Source: an uncultured Fibrobacterales bacterium
Lineage (GTDB): Bacteria > Fibrobacterota > Fibrobacteria > Fibrobacterales > CAWVXU01
Direction: 5' to 3'
NCBI GenBank assembly: GCA_963934255.1
Contig: CAWVXU010000001.1
Span: 1-64,000, forward strand
DNA: 64,000 nt
Each line of letters opens with the position of its first letter. Within the stretch, counting starts at the first letter, position 1. Below the pieces are notes generated by a model that was not told the DNA's origin, ran no database searches, and saw only the letters and a program-made list of their open reading frames with translations. Position numbers and translations under genes: made by a program. Below, in pieces: positions 58,344-64,000 of this stretch.

Positions 58344-61127
58344 CTATTTCTTCACAATACTTTCAAGGTCAAACTTTATCTGATGAGTAGGATTAAGGAT
58401 TAATTTAGCATCAAATCCGTCACTATTTTTCCCTTTGAATCCCGATAGAAGCGGGCTTGTTTTATTTTTGAGGATGCTTTGAATCTCAGATATACTCATT
58501 GAGCGGCTTGCGATAGTTTTGGGCGTTTTCCAACCACATTGTGGTCGTGCACATTCAAATGAATTTGATGTTTCTATAACTCGATCTGCACAAGTAGGAC
58601 AGGTTATATGACCTAAATGAGTTGAGTTGCGACTATTTAAACTTTGAGCCTGACCGGCTGAACTTTTGGCCCCTTCATTACTCTGGTTCCCACGCGAATT
58701 ACTCCTAGAATTATCAAACTCAAACTCCACTTTAAACTGTGAATTAAACTTAAGCATAGCACTAAAGTGACTTCCCTTTTTACTCTTAAAATCTTCAATC
58801 ATCTCAGTCGGTTTCTTCTTCATGAGAAGCGAGATTTCTTTGTTGCTGAGTGGATGTGAAGCCACCGTCTTCCATAATGTAAAAGGACATCTATCTTGAT
58901 CACAACGAATCAGCTTGGCGTTTTCCGAAGTCGTGCTTTTACAAGCCGGACACTTGTGTTTGGTTTCTTTAAAACTTCGACTCGGGTCTTCTTCAAAGAT
59001 AAGCTTGAGTTCTTTGTTTTCATCAAAAGCTAAGTCCGCGACAAAGTCAAAACCACGTTTGGATTTGAATCCAGTCAGCTTTGATAATTTGGCGCCGCCC
59101 AAAAGTTGCTGAGTCTCTTCAATACTCAAAGAACGACCTGCGACTGCAAATCCCATCTTAAACTCACAGCTTTCGTCAGAGCATTTGAGGCCCCAGTTTA
59201 GGCGATTCAGTTGAGACTCACATTTGAGGCACTTGAATCCTTTGGCATCAAAGTCAAAATCTTCACGTTCAAAATCTACACTGTGGTCACTCTTAAGATT
59301 GCTAAAAATATCTTGAACAAAGGACACTGTCTCTTGATAGAATTTCGCTGGGTCTAATCTACCACGTTCGACTTCTTTGAGTTTGTATTCCCATTCACCC
59401 GTGAGGATGGCGGATTTCAAATTCACTTGAACTGAGTCAATCAGAGCGCGACCTTTCATGGTGGACATGATGTGGCCTTTATCTTCCATGATAAATTCAC
59501 GGCTTTTTAAAGTTTCAATGATACCGGCTTGTGTGGCTGGAGTTCCGAGGCCTCTATCTTTCATGGCTTCGGCGAGCTCTTCATCTTCAAGTGAACGGCC
59601 AGCTGCTTTCATGGCAGTCAGCAAAGTTCCCTCAGTATAATACTTAGGCTTAGACTTTTTCTTCTCAGTAATTTTGACATCTGAAAGTGGTGCTTTGTCG
59701 CCTTCTGTCCATTGAGGTAGTTCAGTGACCCAAGTGTCCTTCTCATCTTTTTCATCATCATAGTCATCAGATTTTTTGGACTTCGTTTTAGCTATAGAGT
59801 CAGCATCTTGACCTGACTCTTTTTTGTCACCAAATAAAGATTTATATCCCTTTTGAATCTCGACTTTAAACTTAGTGCGAAACTGTGTCTCTTCAACTTC
59901 TAGGGTAGCACTGGCTTCATTCCAAACATGAGGCTCTAGCCAAGCAAGTACAAAACGATTGCGTATTAATCGATAAAGTGCCATCTCTTCGGCCCCCAAA
60001 CTAGGCATGTTTGAGCCTGTGGGGATGATAGCAAAGTGATCTGTGACTTTCTTTGAATTCACGAAAACAAAGTTCTGGGTTGAAGGTCTCATCAATTTCC
60101 GCTCGCGTTCACTACAACATTTGGAGGCAAGTTGATAGGATTCCATTTTCATGGTATCAGGTAAGTATGCCGAATCTGTCCGAGGATAAGTGATGAGCTT
60201 TTTTTCATATAATACCTGTGCGACTTCGAGTGTTCGGGCCGCTTTCATTTTTAATTTTTTATTGGCATCTTTCTGAAGATCAGTGAGGTCAAAGGGCTTT
60301 GAGGGGAAACTTTTCTTAACTGATTTTTTCCACTCGATCAATTCAGCTTTTTTATTGTTTACCTTTGATTGGAGTCTAGTAGCAATTGCCTTTTCTTCCA
60401 CCCAAGAAACTTTATTTTCTGCAATCCATGAAAATTGATATTCAGACCAGACCGCTTCAAGTCCATAATAGAAGAGCTCTTGAAAGTTTTCCACATCCGA
60501 GTCACGCTCAACAACAAGATTAAGTGTAGGAGTTTGAACTCGTCCTACAGAGAGAAGCTTACCATGTCCTGCTGTCAAGGTATAAGCCCGGGTCGCATTG
60601 AGACCCACAAGCCAATCAGCTCTTTGCCTTAGTCTTGCGGCATAGGATAAGTTTTTACGATGACTATTCTCCTCGAGTTTGCCCCAGGCCACGTCAAGGT
60701 CTTTTTCTACAAATGAATTGACCCAGAGTCTTTTGACTTTTTTTTCTTTGAGAGTGGGATTGATATCTAATAGAAGGTCAAATATTAAATTACCCTCACG
60801 CCCCGCATCGGCACCATTGATGATAGTGTCTGCTTGACCTAAAAGATTTTGTACAATGTGAAATTGTTTTTGAGTTCGATCAATAATTTGAAGTCGAAAT
60901 TGGTCTGGTATTAAGGGTAGAGACTTTAGGGCCCAAGAGCCTTGATAGCCTTCATATTGATCAAAAGGAGCGAGTGTTACTAGATGACCCACCGCCCATG
61001 TGATACAGTAATTTTGACCTCGAATATACCCATCTTGATTAGAGAATTTTTCGCCCTCTTGGCGCTCGAGTAACTTTTGATAATGCTCGCGTGCGACAGA
61101 CGGTTTTTCGGCAATAAGCAGTATCAT
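58344..61127 (-). CDS. topB: DNA topoisomerase III with repeated C-terminal Zn-ribbon / topoisomerase C-terminal modules
   Basis: IAEKPSVA, DAGREG, GLNATR, VGRVQTPTL, catalytic LITYPRTDS, GLGTPAT; three CxxC...C..C + GFKSK.G..F.A modules. Confidence 0.9.
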   Translation of the reverse strand: MILLIAEKPSVAREHYQKLLERQEGEKFSNQDGYIRGQNYCITWAVGHLVTLAPFDQYEGYQGSWALKSLPLIPDQFRLQIIDRTQKQFHIVQNLLGQADTIINGADAGREGNLIFDLLLDINPTLKEKKVKRLWVNSFVEKDLDVAWGKLEENSHRKNLSYAARLRQRADWLVGLNATRAYTLTAGHGKLLSVGRVQTPTLNLVVERDSDVENFQELFYYGLEAVWSEYQFSWIAENKVSWVEEKAIATRLQSKVNNKKAELIEWKKSVKKSFPSKPFDLTDLQKDANKKLKMKAARTLEVAQVLYEKKLITYPRTDSAYLPDTMKMESYQLASKCCSERERKLMRPSTQNFVFVNSKKVTDHFAIIPTGSNMPSLGAEEMALYRLIRNRFVLAWLEPHVWNEASATLEVEETQFRTKFKVEIQKGYKSLFGDKKESGQDADSIAKTKSKKSDDYDDEKDEKDTWVTELPQWTEGDKAPLSDVKITEKKKSKPKYYTEGTLLTAMKAAGRSLEDEELAEAMKDRGLGTPATQAGIIETLKSREFIMEDKGHIMSTMKGRALIDSVQVNLKSAILTGEWEYKLKEVERGRLDPAKFYQETVSFVQDIFSNLKSDHSVDFEREDFDFDAKGFKCLKCESQLNRLNWGLKCSDESCEFKMGFAVAGRSLSIEETQQLLGGAKLSKLTGFKSKRGFDFVADLAFDENKELKLIFEEDPSRSFKETKHKCPACKSTTSENAKLIRCDQDRCPFTLWKTVASHPLSNKEISLLMKKKPTEMIEDFKSKKGSHFSAMLKFNSQFKVEFEFDNSRSNSRGNQSNEGAKSSAGQAQSLNSRNSTHLGHITCPTCADRVIETSNSFECARPQCGWKTPKTIASRSMSISEIQSILKNKTSPLLSGFKGKNSDGFDAKLILNPTHQIKFDLESIVKK

Positions 61128-61528
61128 AGGGTCTCCAATATTTCATCATCAGAATCATGATTGATATCGTTGTCAGGTGGGTTTAAAATATCATAAAAAA
61201 GGTCATCCAATAGTAGATGTTTTGAGACAATTAAATCTTTGTCTTTACGAGACAGCTTTTTGATACGAATCTCTATTTTAGACGCCTGAGATTTGTTTCC
61301 AATACTTTGATGAAAGACCATTTCTAAAGGACTTTTACCTCTGAGGGCTTTGGCACCTTTGGGAGCTCCGTCTAGATGTTCTAAAAACCGTCGCTCGACA
61401 TCGGTGCTGATGCCGCAATACAATGTGTTCAGCTTTGTCTTGATTAAGTAGACTGACCAAATATGTGAATTTTTTTGGGTGGAGTCAGGTTGAGCACTTG
61501 GGTCAATAGGAGTAGATTGGGTGGTCAA
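61124..61528 (-). CDS. GIY-YIG nuclease family protein (UPF0213-like); start probably TTG near 61528
   Basis: WSVYLI...LYCGISTDVERRFLEH..GAKALRG...ASKIE..IKKLSR. Confidence 0.85.
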   Translation of the reverse strand: MTTQSTPIDPSAQPDSTQKNSHIWSVYLIKTKLNTLYCGISTDVERRFLEHLDGAPKGAKALRGKSPLEMVFHQSIGNKSQASKIEIRIKKLSRKDKDLIVSKHLLLDDLFYDILNPPDNDINHDSDDEILETL

Positions 61529-61529
61529 A

Positions 61530-62141
61530 TCACACCCAAAGGTCAATAGGACCAAATTGCACAATGGCTCTTAAAATGTCAGAACGCGTTACCATGCCAA
61601 TGAGTTGTTCTTCTTTATTTAAAATAGGAACACAACCAATGTTTTTTTGGAGCATCAAAAGCGAAATTTTGCGAATAGCTGTTTTCTCACGAGCACATAG
61701 CAAATCTTTGGGAGGGACATACTCCAAAATGGAATGATCAATAGCAGAGTCTGGTGATTGACTTCGCTTAATTTGAATTTTTAAAATATCACGATCAGAA
61801 ATAAGATTGATCACTCGGCCATCCTTGATGATGGGAACATGGCGATATCGTTTATCTTCAAAAAGACTCAAAGCATCTTGTAAGGTGTCTTCACTTGAAA
61901 TGGTGGTAACATCTTTGGACATAATATCTTCAGCATAGAATATTTTTTTAACTTTTTTGACACTTGCTTGACGATAAGAATTTAAAGCAGAATGAAAGAC
62001 TTGATCGTGGTCTTGTGCTTCTTCTAGATGCTTGTGAAATGCTTCTGATTCTTGTGCTTCTTTTACGGGTCGAAATGATTTCATCACACCAGAAAGATCT
62101 AGAGGTTTTGAAACATTGTTGGGGTCAATTAAAATAAACAT
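61530..62141 (-). CDS. CBS-pair domain protein
   Basis: AEDIMSKDV, RYRHVPII, ISDRDIL, IGCVPIL, GMVTRSDIL. Confidence 0.88.
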   Translation of the reverse strand: MFILIDPNNVSKPLDLSGVMKSFRPVKEAQESEAFHKHLEEAQDHDQVFHSALNSYRQASVKKVKKIFYAEDIMSKDVTTISSEDTLQDALSLFEDKRYRHVPIIKDGRVINLISDRDILKIQIKRSQSPDSAIDHSILEYVPPKDLLCAREKTAIRKISLLMLQKNIGCVPILNKEEQLIGMVTRSDILRAIVQFGPIDLWV

Positions 62142-62148
62142 AGGTACT

Positions 62149-62571
62149 CTATTTCAAAATTCTTTGGGTAATATAATATGATTTTTGATATTCAAGCCAT
62201 GCATAGATGAGCTTAATATCATAAGGTCGGAGTTCTCTAGAAAGCACATCAATACGCGCTTCAATCTTAGTCCATGATTGTTGCTTCGCCAAGGCGGTGA
62301 GGCTGGCGTCAATATGAGTGACACGCCTAAGTCTTTCAGCGACTGTTTGTGATGCGACACTTTTATAAAAAAGCCATAACAAGACACTTGTAATGGGAAA
62401 CAAAACCCAAATGCCCCAAATCGGGAATGCTATAGAAAAACCATGCTTTTGACCAAAGGCAATAGCTCCACCTTGATTCGATGCTATACCATGCAAAAGC
62501 ATATGTAAACAAGGTATGAGGGGTGATGCCCGCCAAAACCATTTCCGGTGAATTTTTTTTTCCTCAAACAT
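62149..62571 (-). CDS. Hypothetical membrane protein
   Basis: 140-aa ORF with hydrophobic segments, co-oriented with the CBS gene. Confidence 0.5.
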   Translation of the reverse strand: MFEEKKIHRKWFWRASPLIPCLHMLLHGIASNQGGAIAFGQKHGFSIAFPIWGIWVLFPITSVLLWLFYKSVASQTVAERLRRVTHIDASLTALAKQQSWTKIEARIDVLSRELRPYDIKLIYAWLEYQKSYYITQRILK

Positions 62572-62642
62572 GTGTAGAAATATACTTTGTCTTGGGGCGA
62601 GAGACTTTTAATTGTCTCAATTATTTTAAAAGCGTGGTGTTT

Positions 62643-63092
62643 ATGTGGGCTATCAAAAGATTTGTGTTTGGTTTTCTCATCTTTGGGTGGGTCATTCTTG
62701 GTTGTGAACCAGAACAAAAACTAGGTGTGGGGATTCATCAATTTCCACCAAGCGAAATCGCCTGGCAAGAATTACAACCAGGGCTCGAAATCGCCATAGT
62801 ACATCAAGGAATTGGTGTCAAAGTTAAGAAAAGCGATAAGGTTCAAGTGCACTATACGGCTTGGTATGAGGATGGTCATATGATAGATTCTTCTATTAAG
62901 AAGGGCCGAGCCTATCGGTTTAAAGTCGGAGTGGGTCGAGTTATCAAAGCCTGGGATTTGAGTTTAGTGGAAGTGACTAAAGGAAGTGAATACTATTTAC
63001 GTTCAAATTCTGATTTCGCCTTTGGTGATGGCAAAGAGGACAATGTACGTGGGTTTGTGACTGTTATTTTTGGAATCAAGTTGATGAATTAA
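62643..63092 (+). CDS. FKBP-type peptidyl-prolyl isomerase, probable lipoprotein (start corrected to ATG at 62643)
   Basis: ILGC lipobox, VQVHYTAW..DG..IDSS, VGVGRVIKAWD. Confidence 0.8.
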   Translation: MWAIKRFVFGFLIFGWVILGCEPEQKLGVGIHQFPPSEIAWQELQPGLEIAIVHQGIGVKVKKSDKVQVHYTAWYEDGHMIDSSIKKGRAYRFKVGVGRVIKAWDLSLVEVTKGSEYYLRSNSDFAFGDGKEDNVRGFVTVIFGIKLMN

Positions 63093-63142
63093 TAAGTCAA
63101 TCTAAGGGTTCACAGCTAAATTTATTTGGTTGATTGAGCCTG

Positions 63143-63622
63143 TTATTTAGTCTGAGGTGGTGGGATTTGCATCTCTCGAAAACGATCCAAAAGCTCATTC
63201 ATTTGAGTGGCTTCGGCTTTTGTAAAATTGGAATAAATAGGATGTGCTTCATCAAAATTAATGGTACAACTAATTTTGTCAATAAACTTTAGACCATTTT
63301 CAGTATTTTGAATATAGATAACACGACGATCTTGATCACATCTTTTGCGCTCTACCCAACCTTTGTCAATAAGCTTGTCAACGAGTCGAGTCATATTAGG
63401 CGATTTGTCGAGCATGCGACTTTTGATATCATGAACTTTCATCCATGAACCATTGCCCCTAAGTATACGCAAGATATTGTACTGTTGCGGTGATATATTA
63501 AAAGGCTGAAACATCTCTACTTGTTTAGCCGAAACCCAGCTTGAAGTAAACATAAGATTAACCCAGAGCTTTGTGAACTCATCAGGGAACTGTGTTTGAA
63601 CTTCATCGTCTATTTTAGCCAT
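63143..63622 (-). CDS. MarR family transcriptional regulator
   Basis: ISPQQYNILRILRG, RMLDKSPNMTRLVDKL..KGWVER...DRR. Confidence 0.93.
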   Translation of the reverse strand: MAKIDDEVQTQFPDEFTKLWVNLMFTSSWVSAKQVEMFQPFNISPQQYNILRILRGNGSWMKVHDIKSRMLDKSPNMTRLVDKLIDKGWVERKRCDQDRRVIYIQNTENGLKFIDKISCTINFDEAHPIYSNFTKAEATQMNELLDRFREMQIPPPQTK

Positions 63623-63626
63623 AATA

Positions 63627-63656
63627 CAAAAGTAGTTTACATGTAAAATAAGTCAA
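63627..63656 (-). promoter_or_regulatory. marR promoter with an operator in the spacer
   Basis: Minus strand TTGACT-N16-TACTTTTG ending 4 nt before the ATG; GTTTACATGTAAAA at 63635-63648 fills the spacer. Confidence 0.7.
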
Positions 63657-63669
63657 GTTATACTTTGAT

Positions 63670-63999
63670 TTATATGAAAATATTCTTGTCTGGCAATTCT
63701 GTCGAAGGTCCATAGATTTCTATGCGGGATTGAGCAATATTGAGTAATTCTGTAGTATCAGCTTCCTCGGAAGTTTTAGCTGATCCATAGGAAAACGCAA
63801 GCGCAGGGAAACTGTTATTTTGCAATTCGTGCGCCAGGAACATTAAAGAAGCTTCTATACCGCCTTCAAGAATTTCTGTGGGCGCCCAAACTCCAAACTG
63901 TGACCCATTAAGTCGAAGGAGTTCGCAGTTATGTGGGAAGGAGATGCGCATGGCGTTTGCAAATGCCTTTAACACTTCGTTACTAAAATCCCAACCATG
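63670..63999 (-). CDS. C-terminal part of a protein with a degenerate GGDEF-like domain (runs off the window end)
   Basis: Frame open to the window edge: HGWDFSNEVLKAFA...LLRLNGSQFGV...FSYGSA...ELLNIAQSRI. Confidence 0.55.
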   Translation of the reverse strand, partial: HGWDFSNEVLKAFANAMRISFPHNCELLRLNGSQFGVWAPTEILEGGIEASLMFLAHELQNNSFPALAFSYGSAKTSEEADTTELLNIAQSRIEIYGPSTELPDKNIFI

Positions 64000-64000
64000 C

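Noticed and set aside
2257..62717. Numerous short alternative-frame and antisense ORFs in the track (e.g. 2257-2595, 5448-5732, 7539-7889, 17816-18208, 47494-47967, 56417-56788)
   Set aside because: They are nested within or overlap well-supported genes and show no recognisable motifs, as expected for shadow ORFs.
1..64000. CRISPR array, rRNA, IS/transposase, integrase or prophage, including integration at tRNA-Leu
   Set aside because: I saw no spaced repeat array, no such genes and no duplicated tRNA 3' end; the tRNA sits in its usual context upstream of tig.

Overview
Chromosomal window of an AT-rich Gram-negative bacterium, most likely of the FCB group. Fibrobacterota is my inference from a SprA/Sov translocon, a T9SS-type C-terminal cargo domain and a yggS-yggT-divIVA cluster. 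Housekeeping blocks are tRNA-Leu(TAG)-tig-clpP-clpX-lon, rng/rne, rsmA, glpK, hrpB, topB and a PIN-PhoH gene. Accessory genes include a translationally coupled run of sensor kinase, sigma54 regulator, lipoprotein and two glycosyltransferases; a pirin-nitroreductase pair; a GH84; an MnmD-ankyrin fusion; SulP; and several orphan outer-membrane-like proteins. No CRISPR array, rRNA, transposase, integrase or phage gene was seen. Signals not shown by the ORF track: (1) a palindromic operator GTTTACATGTAAAC shared by the MarR promoter and the pirin-nitroreductase promoter 8 kb away; (2) a standalone 42-aa acidic microprotein gene with its own direct-repeat box, RBS and terminator; (3) a four-copy cre-tag (TTCAC-N6) array upstream of a creD/cotH chimeric remnant; (4) six or seven decayed genes, several collapsed by internal deletions. 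All family assignments come from motif recognition, not database searches.
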